From IMG/VR virus record IMGVR_UViG_3300035158_000899: a DNA stretch of 50,593 nucleotides. One strand, written 5' to 3'. The notes beneath the pieces are model-generated. The model saw only the letters and a list, made by a program, of their open reading frames with translations. It did not search any database and had not been told where the DNA came from. A program made the position numbers and the translations under genes. Below are positions 17,689 through 26,079 of the stretch, in pieces. Each line of letters begins with the position of its first letter. Position 1 is the stretch's first letter. This stretch comes from a virus. Taxonomy: Duplodnaviria > Heunggongvirae > Uroviricota > Caudoviricetes.

Positions 17689-19619
17689 AGTTAGAAGATG
17701 ATACTGAAAAGAAGTTGAGAGCAGCGGCTGATGCTTATTACAATAAGCAGCCAATAATGTCGGATGAAGAATTCGATGCCCTAAAAGATAAGCTAAGAGA
17801 AAAAGACCCAAATAACAGCTTCTTAAAACAGATAGGTTCACCTATTAAGGTAACAGAATGGGAAATTGCAAAGCATAAGATTGCAATGTGCTCTCTCGAT
17901 AAAGTAAGTACGCCGGAAGAGTTTATCAAATGGGCAAGAGCAAAAGCGAAGTCTTTTATTATCAATGAAAAGTTTGACGGCATTTCAATCAATTTAGAAT
18001 ATGATAACGGGGAACTTATAAAAGCAATTACACGCGGTGATGGAATCGAAGGCGAAGATATATTGAGTAATGTTGTTAAGATGAAGAATGTTAAAACTAA
18101 GGTAGATGGTTTTACAGGTTCGATCAGAGGTGAGATAATATTAAGAGAATCAAAGCTAAATGAATTAAATAAAGCAGTAGAAAAAGCAGGCGAAAGAACA
18201 TATCAGAATTCAAGAAATGGTGCTTCTGGAATAGCAAAAAGATACGATGGACAATATTCCGAATACCTTGAAATAATATATTACGATGTTGCAAACGGAA
18301 AACCTTTCGAAACAGAAGAAAGTAAACTTGAATTTATAAAAGAGCAGGGTCTTGAAATCACATACTTCGAAATAGCAGATGTTAGTAAAGTTATTGAAGT
18401 TTACGAAGAATATTGTAACATTAAACGAGGATTACTTGATTATGCAATTGACGGATTAGTAATTAAAATAAACGATTTAGCTGTACAAAACAGCTTAGGT
18501 TCTACACATGGAATTCCGAAAGGCCAAATAGCTTTTAAGTTTCCCGCAGAAGCAAAGATAACGAAAATAAAAGAAGTAGAATGGTCATTAGGTAAAGGTG
18601 GAAAAATTACACCTGTTGCTATAATGGAGCCAGTTAAGCTTTGTGGAGCAAATGTTAAGAGAGCATCACTTCATAATATTGATATGTTCAAAACTCTTAA
18701 CTTAGGATCGAATGACGAAATACTTGTTAAGAGAGCAGGGGATGTAATACCTTATGTAGAGAAAGTTATAACATATGTTTCTGATTCGAAGTTTGAAATA
18801 CCTAAGAATTGCTCAGCTTGTAATTCAGAACTAGTAGAAGATGGTAAATTCTTGGTTTGCTTGAATCAGGATTGCGTAGCTCACAAAGAAGGTGATCTCC
18901 ATAAGTGGATTAAAAAACTTGATGTAAAAGATATAGGGGACAAGTTAATTGAAAATTTATTCGAGAATGGAATAGTAAAAGATCCGGCAGATTTTTATAC
19001 ATTGAAAATAGAAGATGTTTCTTCTTTAGAGCGGATGGGAAAAAGATCAGCTAAGAAAGTGATTGAGCATTTGAATGAGAAGAAAAAGCTTGAATTACCA
19101 GTGTTTTTAGCGGCTTTGAATATCAACGATTTTTCAGAATCAACAGTTACATTGATAGCAGAAGCCGGGTACGATACATTAGATAAAGTGATTGATTTAA
19201 TTAAAGATCCCAAAAGTGCTATTGATAGACTATCTACAATTCATGGTATTGGTTATATTACTGCGGAAAAAGCAGTATATGGATTAAATAAGAAGATATC
19301 ATTGATTGAAAAGTTGTTAAGTGTAGGGATAGTGATAAGAGAAAAGAAGGAGGTTGAAGTGGATTCAAGTAAGTTAAATGGTGCGTCGTTTTGTTTCACC
19401 GGAGCAATTCAGGCCGTTGATGAAGAGGGTAAGAGATATGCAAGGTCAAGACTAGAAGAAATGGTTATACAGAATGGCGGTAAAATAGAATCGATGAGTA
19501 AGAAGCTAGATTATTTGGTACAAGCGGATCCAAATTCACAATCATCGAAAAGTGTTAAGGCAAAGAAGTTTGGTGTAGAGATTATATCTGAGAAACAGTT
19601 TTTTGAGATACTGGATTAA
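17670..19619 (+). CDS. ligA: NAD-dependent DNA ligase
   Basis: YY..PIMSDEEFD, EKFDGIS, TRGDG.EGEDI, IRGEI, RNGASG, IDGLVIK, AFKFP, C4 zinc finger, HhH, C-terminal BRCT. Confidence 0.95.
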   Translation: MDFIEIELEDDTEKKLRAAADAYYNKQPIMSDEEFDALKDKLREKDPNNSFLKQIGSPIKVTEWEIAKHKIAMCSLDKVSTPEEFIKWARAKAKSFIINEKFDGISINLEYDNGELIKAITRGDGIEGEDILSNVVKMKNVKTKVDGFTGSIRGEIILRESKLNELNKAVEKAGERTYQNSRNGASGIAKRYDGQYSEYLEIIYYDVANGKPFETEESKLEFIKEQGLEITYFEIADVSKVIEVYEEYCNIKRGLLDYAIDGLVIKINDLAVQNSLGSTHGIPKGQIAFKFPAEAKITKIKEVEWSLGKGGKITPVAIMEPVKLCGANVKRASLHNIDMFKTLNLGSNDEILVKRAGDVIPYVEKVITYVSDSKFEIPKNCSACNSELVEDGKFLVCLNQDCVAHKEGDLHKWIKKLDVKDIGDKLIENLFENGIVKDPADFYTLKIEDVSSLERMGKRSAKKVIEHLNEKKKLELPVFLAALNINDFSESTVTLIAEAGYDTLDKVIDLIKDPKSAIDRLSTIHGIGYITAEKAVYGLNKKISLIEKLLSVGIVIREKKEVEVDSSKLNGASFCFTGAIQAVDEEGKRYARSRLEEMVIQNGGKIESMSKKLDYLVQADPNSQSSKSVKAKKFGVEIISEKQFFEILD

Positions 19620-19620
19620 T

Positions 19621-19884
19621 ATGAAATACAAAATAGGTGAGTGGTACCAATTAATCAAAGAGAGAGAAGATTGGATCCCGAGAGCAATGCCTGAGATAAT
19701 ATTGACAATTGGTAGAAAACTCTGTATTTATTATGATTGTGAACAAAGAAAATAAGGAGGAATTTGTAAAGGAAGATTAGTATTAGGAGCTGATCAAAGC
19801 GTTTGTGGTTATTGGTCAAATGGCGAACCTAAGTATGAACAAATAAAGAGTAAACAATGCATTATGAAATACCTGATGGTTTAG
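19621..19884 (+). pseudogene. YKIG-family protein with in-frame TAA (19753-55)
   Basis: MKYKIGEWY...IGRKLC...CEQRK*GGICKGRLVLG...VCGY...PKYEQI. Confidence 0.75.
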
Positions 19885-19922
19885 GCATCATAGTAGAACC
19901 AAGTAGAAACGAAGGAGGCAGA

Positions 19923-20207
19923 ATGAGAGACTATATCGAGTTAGGCCCTACTCCGGCAGATGAAGAGTGTGCGCAGTTAGGTTCAGAAAATTATGAAGAT
20001 AAAGCACGCGAAGAATGCAAAAGACATATTGAAAGAATCAAAGAAGTGTGCGGGAAAGAGCCAAAGAGAGCACATTTAGGTATAAAGTCTTTTGAACATG
20101 ATTTTGGAATTTATTTTGAAGTTGTGTGTTATTACGATGATGATAACGAAGAAGCAACTGAATATGCTCTTAAGTGCGAGGGCGAAGGACCAACCACTTG
20201 GAAATAA
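19923..20207 (+). CDS. hypothetical phage protein
   Basis: MRDYIELGPTPADEECAQ...HDFGIYFEVV; GGAGG RBS before 19923. Confidence 0.7.
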   Translation: MRDYIELGPTPADEECAQLGSENYEDKAREECKRHIERIKEVCGKEPKRAHLGIKSFEHDFGIYFEVVCYYDDDNEEATEYALKCEGEGPTTWK

Positions 20208-20498
20208 AGGGGTAAAATGTTAAATGAAGAAGAACGCAGTGTGGTAAAGTATCAAGTTGAAATGATTGAAACATATCTTGGTGATATTGAGAGAGGTATT
20301 GATCAGACCGCGTTATAATTGGATACGGATATGAAAAGTTTAATGAAAAAAATAACTCGAAGGTTGCCCTGTTATTTCAAGAGCTAAAGAAGAAGAATGT
20401 AAGCAGAGAGATAAAATGAGAAATAGCTTTTGATTCACCATTTTGTGGTTATATGCAAATGGGTGTAATACAACAGGTGCCAACATACAGGGAATTAA

Positions 20499-21023
20499 AT
20501 GATAATAACGAACATTGATGAATTAAGAAAACCTTCTGAGCCTGTTAAAGACGAAGCGAAAGCAAAAGAAATAATTGGAAAATTAGAAGAAACTTTAAGA
20601 TACAATGGTAACGGAATAGGTTTAGCTGCACCACAGATTGGAATACATAAGCAAGTTGCTATAATACGCTATAACAACTTTTCTTTAGATGTTGTTAATC
20701 CTACAAATGTTCGTTTGTTAGATGGCGCATTTTTATTCAAAGATGAAAGTTGCCTCAGTCTTCCAGGCGTTAGTAAAAACACTTTAAGAGCTAGAAGTAT
20801 CGATTTTATTAACAACGAGAAAGAAAGCCATTTTTATTCAATAGAAAAACTCGAATCTATTATAGTAGTTTGTGTACAACATGAGATAGACCATTTGTTT
20901 GGCAAGTTATTTGTAGATTATGCATTAAAGCCAATTGAAGGTGAAACCAAAATAGGAAGAAACGATCCTTGTATGTGCGGAAGTGAAAAAAAGTTCAAAA
21001 AGTGTTGTGGTAGAGGAACATGA
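20499..21023 (+). CDS. def: peptide deformylase with C-terminal SEC-C motif
   Basis: [26 protein letters not shown]; [18 protein letters not shown]. Confidence 0.9.
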   Translation: MIITNIDELRKPSEPVKDEAKAKEIIGKLEETLRYNGNGIGLAAPQIGIHKQVAIIRYNNFSLDVVNPTNVRLLDGAFLFKDESCLSLPGVSKNTLRARSIDFINNEKESHFYSIEKLESIIVVCVQHEIDHLFGKLFVDYALKPIEGETKIGRNDPCMCGSEKKFKKCCGRGT

Positions 21024-21450
21024 TTTGACTTTCAAGCAACTTGAGAAATTTGCTAAAAGAATAAATTACGACGTTCCTGTCGTTATAAAACTATGCAGCG
21101 GTGTTCATCCTTTTGCGGCTAGGGCTTTTCCGCGATATACTCTTATTTATCTTTGTCGTAGTTATTGGAAATGGTGGAAAAACAAAAACCAAGGTGTTGT
21201 GATAAAATCCCTTTTCGTTCACGAAATAGGGCATTTTCACACAGGCGGCACAGGAAGCAAAAGTAAGGATGAACTTGCAGCGGAATTATGGGCTTTTAGG
21301 AGACTTAAACAACTAAAGATGTTTAAAATAAGACAATGGGAGATAAAGACTTTTAGAAAAACTTGGGGGAATCCGAAGAAAAAGAAAAGAGCTTATAAGA
21401 GGTATTACATGGCTTGGAGAATGTTTAAAGAACAAAAAATGAGATATTAG
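20983..21450 (+). CDS. HExxH metallopeptidase-like protein (ImmA/IrrE-like)
   Basis: LFVHEIGHF followed by ELAAELWA. Confidence 0.5.
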   Translation: MKKSSKSVVVEEHDLTFKQLEKFAKRINYDVPVVIKLCSGVHPFAARAFPRYTLIYLCRSYWKWWKNKNQGVVIKSLFVHEIGHFHTGGTGSKSKDELAAELWAFRRLKQLKMFKIRQWEIKTFRKTWGNPKKKKRAYKRYYMAWRMFKEQKMRY

Positions 21451-21790
21451 GGAGGGTACAATGGCAAGTCCACGGCGTAGATTATGGCACTAATTTAAAA
21501 GTTTTAGAAGAAAACAAAAACAAAATACTTGCGTATAAGAAAGGTTCAGTAAGCACAGCATATTACCCGCCAGAATTTATAGTTTTTGAGAAAGTAGGAA
21601 AAGATCAGGTTAAAGGACTTGGTACAAAATTTGAATACAATAGAAAAACAAAAAAAGAAAGAAACGGGATTAAATGCAACATTTCTTAGAGTTGCAAATG
21701 AGGAATTACTTGCAGATGTTGAAAAAGATAAGATACTAAAAAAAGAAGGCGAATATTATTTAGTTGATTGGGGGACATAAAGGAGGTGTA

Positions 21791-22222
21791 ATGAGTTTTA
21801 CAATGGATGTTAAAGTAGAACACAAAGATCCCGAAAGAGATCCAGTAACTGAAAGAATAAATAAGCTGAAGACCTTTGAAGGTTATTACACTTCGGCCGC
21901 TCTTATCGATTGTTTTATTGAAACATTGAAAGAGCAAGGAATAGACATCAGGAAAAAACTTAATCAGAAACTGAAAGAGTATGAAGAGGAACAAGAGAAA
22001 AAATGTGATCAAGAAAAGACAGGTGAAGGTGTTGATATGGTTTTAGATATCATATTCAATGCCGCAGGAGAACATAAGAGCATTGATGATATACCAGAAG
22101 AAGATAGACCGAAGAATGAGGTAATATTAGATTTAGTTGATAAAGCATGTAAAGGTGCCACAAGGGAAGAGATAAAAGAAGAGCTGAAAAAAGTAGCGTT
22201 AAAACAAAAGGAGGCAGTATGA
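21791..22222 (+). CDS. hypothetical protein
   Basis: AGGAGG RBS before ATG 21791. Confidence 0.65.
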   Translation: MSFTMDVKVEHKDPERDPVTERINKLKTFEGYYTSAALIDCFIETLKEQGIDIRKKLNQKLKEYEEEQEKKCDQEKTGEGVDMVLDIIFNAAGEHKSIDDIPEEDRPKNEVILDLVDKACKGATREEIKEELKKVALKQKEAV

Positions 22223-22401
22223 ATGGCAGTCCTTGTGCCCCATGGAATAATGAACCAGATAGAAGTGACCCATTTAAACCATGGAATGATCCTATGTATA
22301 AGGATGATCCTTTTGCACCATGGAATGATTCTGCTTATAGTGATGAAGACGATTATGAAAAATGGTGCGATGAAAATCACATTTCGGAGATAGATAGGTA
22401 A
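22219..22401 (+). CDS. small acidic protein with DPFxPWN repeats
   Basis: APWN...DPFKPWN...DPFAPWN. Confidence 0.6.
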   Translation: MNGSPCAPWNNEPDRSDPFKPWNDPMYKDDPFAPWNDSAYSDEDDYEKWCDENHISEIDR

Positions 22402-22421
22402 ACTAACCAAAAGGAGGTGTC

Positions 22422-22664
22422 ATGAAATACTTCATTGTATTTCTGCTCTTGTTGTCGTTTGTGTTCACAGTCTTTTCCCAGCAGGTTACTGTTGATCTTA
22501 AAGACTTGGACAATGTAACGCGTAATAAGATTATCGAAAAGAAGAAAGAAGAGGCAGGTATTTCGAATCCGGAACAGATAAAAGAATGGGCAGGTGTTGG
22601 AAAAGAATTAGGTAGTGCGGTAAAAGAAATGTGCCATACTCTTAATGTTGAAGTAAATGAATGA
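22422..22664 (+). CDS. signal-peptide-bearing protein, probably truncated
   Basis: MKYFIVFLLLLSFVFTVFS-Q signal-like N-terminus; hydrophobic orphan reading frame follows at ~22690-22820. Confidence 0.55.
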   Translation: MKYFIVFLLLLSFVFTVFSQQVTVDLKDLDNVTRNKIIEKKKEEAGISNPEQIKEWAGVGKELGSAVKEMCHTLNVEVNE

Positions 22665-22959
22665 AAGAGTAGAATCTAAAAATGAAAAAGGAGAAATAAG
22701 TGTAAAATATATTCCGCGATATGATTTTGATAGTGATGAAGCAAGAATGGTATCTGCTGCTTGTCATGTGGTTTATTTTATTGTTGTAATAATAATTTGT
22801 TTAACATTGTTTTATAGTTAAAATATGTGGATTTACAAAGAGATTTTCGTATATTTTATAAAGGGGGGCGGAAGGGCCTCCTTGTCATAATAACTCCTTT
22901 TGAGCCGGGAGAGGGGGAAACTTCTTTCTCGGCTACTGTTTTTGAGCTATTCCCGACTC

Positions 22960-22997
22960 AACAGGAATCAAGGTTTCGGCTTTGATTCCTGTTTTTT
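22960..22997 (+). terminator. intrinsic terminator-like hairpin
   Basis: AACAGGAATCAAGG-TTTCGG-CTTTGATTCCTGTT plus T run. Confidence 0.75.
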
Positions 22998-23068
22998 ATG
23001 TGACAAGCACAAAATTTAGCCTGTGTTAATATGTTTTAGAAATAGTATAAGTATATAAAGGAGGTCTA

Positions 23069-23461
23069 ATGATTGTTACTGTATTTGCAATTTTGTTTTT
23101 GGTTTTCTTGTGTTATTTTGAAATAAAGAAGGTAATGCAGCCAGATTTTTATCCTTATTTAAAAAGAACTGTTGACCGCGCTAAACTATACACACAAACT
23201 AAAGCAGAAGAATACAAACAGTCGGTCATTATAGCAATGGAAATAATGGTGTTTTCTTTTGTCTATTTGATTGTAACAACTGTTGTGTTTGTTAAATACC
23301 CAGGCCTAGGTAGAGTTTCTGCGGGTATTCTTTTAGCAATTAGTTTGATTACAGCAGCGGCTAGAAAAACAAAGTTAAGTGAAAGACTTGTTACAGTTGC
23401 GGATTCAATTTTGTCTATTGTTTGTATTGTAGCTATGGCATGGGCTATTGTAACAGGATAA
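23069..23461 (+). CDS. multi-pass membrane protein
   Basis: Four hydrophobic stretches; AAGGAGG RBS. Confidence 0.7.
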   Translation: MIVTVFAILFLVFLCYFEIKKVMQPDFYPYLKRTVDRAKLYTQTKAEEYKQSVIIAMEIMVFSFVYLIVTTVVFVKYPGLGRVSAGILLAISLITAAARKTKLSERLVTVADSILSIVCIVAMAWAIVTG

Positions 23462-23462
23462 A

Positions 23463-23708
23463 ATGTATTACAAAATAGGTAGGGTATACGGGCATAGTGT
23501 AGCGAAGATGTTTCTTCCAGTGCCGGTATTTGAAAAGTTTCTTTTAGTAGGAAGAGAAGAATGTAAAAAACCTTGGTGTGATTGCAATATGGGTAGTAAG
23601 TGTCAAGGCAGTTTAGTTACTATAGGAGATAGAATTCACAGTGGCGGATGTGGATATTGGCCAAGTGGTAAACCAATTTATACAGAAGTGAAATGCATTA
23701 CAAAGTAG
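23463..23708 (+). CDS. YKIG-family Cys-rich small protein
   Basis: MYYKIGRVY...FLLVGREEC...CQGSL...CGY...PIYTEV. Confidence 0.8.
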   Translation: MYYKIGRVYGHSVAKMFLPVPVFEKFLLVGREECKKPWCDCNMGSKCQGSLVTIGDRIHSGGCGYWPSGKPIYTEVKCITK

Positions 23709-23914
23709 GCAAGATATATAGAGGGCTGGGTGTCGATATACTTGTATTAAAGAGAGTTGAACGTAAAAAGTGTATCAGCTTTAGATCCGTATCATCGAGG
23801 TGTGATAAGTGCAAAGGTCTTATTATTGGTTTAGGTACACCACTTGAAGAGAATTGTGGGTACTTTATGGACGGGACTCCAATATTTAAAGAAGTGAAAT
23901 GCATTACAAAATAG
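23693..23914 (+). CDS. YKIG-family Cys-rich small protein
   Basis: MHYKVGKIY...CDKCKGLIIGLG...CGY...PIFKEV. Confidence 0.8.
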   Translation: MHYKVGKIYRGLGVDILVLKRVERKKCISFRSVSSRCDKCKGLIIGLGTPLEENCGYFMDGTPIFKEVKCITK

Positions 23915-24117
23915 GTAAGATATACGAGAGCAAGTTATTTGGAAGTAGATTCCTTTTAGTGGGTAGAAAAGAATGCTCGAATCGTCACGATGGCTGCTCA
24001 CTTAAATGTGAAGGTACATTAGTTGGTGTAGGAGATATATCTATTTCCGGTTGTGGTTATGTGGGTAAAGCAGGAGGACATGAACCTATATATAAAGAAG
24101 TGAAAACCAAAACCTAA
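23899..24117 (+). CDS. YKIG-family Cys-rich small protein
   Basis: MHYKIGKIY...FLLVGRKEC...CEGTLVGVG...CGY...PIYKEV. Confidence 0.8.
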   Translation: MHYKIGKIYESKLFGSRFLLVGRKECSNRHDGCSLKCEGTLVGVGDISISGCGYVGKAGGHEPIYKEVKTKT

Positions 24118-24134
24118 TTCAAAAGGAGGTTTTT

Positions 24135-24746
24135 ATGTCTCTCGTTTCACAAAAGTACAAACTCTCAATTACGTTTACAGGTCCTATTCTTGGTAGTCAA
24201 CCAGGAAAGGATACCCCTGCAAGTGATTTCATTCGGGATAAAGTTAGGAAAGAAAATCCGGATGCAGATATTGCAGATGAAGTTCCTACACTTCCTGAAG
24301 AGCTTGAAAAAGGCACTACAGGATTTCATAGGGACGCAAAAGGAAAACCTATACTTTTCAACTATCAAATAAAAGGGGTGATAAAAGCCGCTGGCGATGT
24401 TCTTAATGGTTTAGATAACTTCAGAGCATTGAAATCAAAAATCACTAATACGGTGTTTGTTAGTCCACGTCAAATCCCCATAAAAGGGAAGTTGCGTAAA
24501 CAACCGCTTGAGAGACCTTTGTTAGGTCAGACTATGAAAGGGCCGAGAACTAGTTTAGCTCGATCTGAAGTAATTGAAGAAGGTGCTAAAATTGTATGTG
24601 AACTCGAAGTAATGCTAACGCCAAAGGTAAAACTTCCAGAAGAGACACTTAGGGATATTTTGGATTATGCCGCTAAGTTAGGCGTCGGGCAGTGGCGTAA
24701 TAGTGGAATATACGGACAGTTTGAATACAAACTCGAAGCGTTGTGA
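24135..24746 (+). CDS. solitary Cas7/RAMP-like protein (putative Vipr-type effector)
   Basis: N-terminal strand YKLSITFTGPILGS, central GKPILFNYQIKGVIKAA helix (cf. RAMP P.IPGSSLKG), C-terminal G-rich loop LGVGQWRNSGIYGQF; AGGAGG RBS; no other cas gene in window. Confidence 0.75.
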   Translation: MSLVSQKYKLSITFTGPILGSQPGKDTPASDFIRDKVRKENPDADIADEVPTLPEELEKGTTGFHRDAKGKPILFNYQIKGVIKAAGDVLNGLDNFRALKSKITNTVFVSPRQIPIKGKLRKQPLERPLLGQTMKGPRTSLARSEVIEEGAKIVCELEVMLTPKVKLPEETLRDILDYAAKLGVGQWRNSGIYGQFEYKLEAL

Positions 24747-24747
24747 T

Positions 24748-25371
24748 AGTTTCGTAACGTACCATAACACAACGTATCGTTGGGGTAATACATAGTGCGG
24801 TTAAGTAAGGCGCCGGCAGGGTAGGGTAGTGTTCTGGCCGTATAGTTTTGTTCAGTATTGGCGAGGTACGGCGTAATTTGGTCCGGTGTTGGTTTAGTTA
24901 GGTTTGGTTGGTTTCGTCGGGTTCGGTGCTGGCTAAGTTTGGTAGAGCGAAGCACAGCACAGGCAACGTTATGTAGGGTATGGTACTGTGACGTTTTGGC
25001 AAGGTACTGCGCAGGACAGCTGAGCGCAGTAGTGGCTGGGTAATGTGTGGCGATGTTATGTACAGTAATGTTTCGGCTTAGTCCCGTAAAGCACAGTCAC
25101 GGCAGGGTAACGTAAGGTGCAGAGGATGTGGTATTGTGTGGTAGAGGTAATGTGCAGGACAGCTGAGCGCAGTAGCGGCAGGGCGCTGAGTAGCACAGCA
25201 CAGTAGTGTGTTGCCTTGTACTGGCATGGCAATGTTCAGTTTAGTACAGTATTGTGTCGGTAATGTCTGGTCGGATGTCGTGAGGTGGTGGTAATGTGTG
25301 GCGAGGTGCCGTGGGGTGGTAGTATGGTAAGGTTGTGTGTGGCGGAGCATAGTGCAGTAATGGTACTGTTA
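24748..25371 (+). repeat. degenerate 5-nt-period NGY-NN tandem array, putative non-coding guide RNA
   Basis: ~110 NGY triplets spaced by variable dinucleotides, e.g. ggc-aa ggt-ac tgc-gc agg-ac agc-tg agc-gc agt-ag; GC content well above flanks; starts 1 nt after the RAMP stop and ends at the next RBS. Confidence 0.85.
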
Positions 25372-25380
25372 AGGAGAAAC

Positions 25381-25629
25381 ATGTATTATAAAATAGGAAA
25401 GATGTACAAGAACAAGTCTTATAAGTTTTTACTTATAGGAAGAGTAAAATGTAGTGGATGTTATAATTCTCTACATATGAAACATATAAATATAGACGCC
25501 AATGGTTGTTATGTAAAATGCAGAGGTAGATTAAAGATAGTAGGAAAAGCTCACGGGTTCGATAATAGTAATTCAACAATATGCGGTTATGGAATAAATA
25601 AACCTATATTTGAAGAAATGGAGGAGTGA
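25381..25629 (+). CDS. YKIG-family Cys-rich small protein
   Basis: MYYKIGKMY at 25381 after AAGGAG; FLLIGRVKC...CRGRL...ICGY...PIFEEM. Confidence 0.8.
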   Translation: MYYKIGKMYKNKSYKFLLIGRVKCSGCYNSLHMKHINIDANGCYVKCRGRLKIVGKAHGFDNSNSTICGYGINKPIFEEMEE

Positions 25630-25823
25630 TTATGTTTTATTGTTCAAAGTGCAATGAAATGCTTGTAGAAGATAGTAATGATTCAAGACAAGAATGGGTT
25701 GAAACTTATTATCATTGTCCTGAATGTGATGCAGAATATACAAGACGGACAGAATACAAGACACAATCTCATTTAGTTGAGTCTGATATTTTGTATGATG
25801 CAGAAGGAAATGAGGTAAAATAG
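25626..25823 (+). CDS. small zinc-ribbon protein
   Basis: CSKC...CPEC. Confidence 0.65.
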   Translation: MIMFYCSKCNEMLVEDSNDSRQEWVETYYHCPECDAEYTRRTEYKTQSHLVESDILYDAEGNEVK

Positions 25824-25833
25824 AGGAGGCATA

Positions 25834-26016
25834 ATGCTTGATATCGATGCGATAGGAGTATTACAAGCTATACAAGCCTATAAGAAACACGCAGAACGTC
25901 ATAAGAAAACGCACATAGATTGCGTTAATAATATAATAGATATTGTGTTTGGTACTTTTGGAATTAAGCTCGAAGTACAGCATACAGATTGTGTAGGGAA
26001 AATCGAAGGGGATTAA
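25834..26016 (+). CDS. hypothetical protein
   Basis: ORF track; GGAGG RBS. Confidence 0.55.
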   Translation: MLDIDAIGVLQAIQAYKKHAERHKKTHIDCVNNIIDIVFGTFGIKLEVQHTDCVGKIEGD

Positions 26017-26079
26017 GAATGTTAGAAAGAATAGCAATTGCGTGTATAGCAATATTGATTTTAACATTAGCTGTTTATT

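Noticed and set aside
24748-25371. Canonical CRISPR array next to the Cas7-like gene
   Set aside because: No 23-47-nt identical direct repeats with unique spacers here or elsewhere in the window.
24665-25380. ORFs overlapping the array (24665-24955 -, 24858-25043 +, 25078-25350 -, N-terminal part of 25285-25629)
   Set aside because: Low-complexity translations lacking RBSs; best explained as by-products of a stop-poor pentamer repeat. 5-nt periodicity is incompatible with codon structure.
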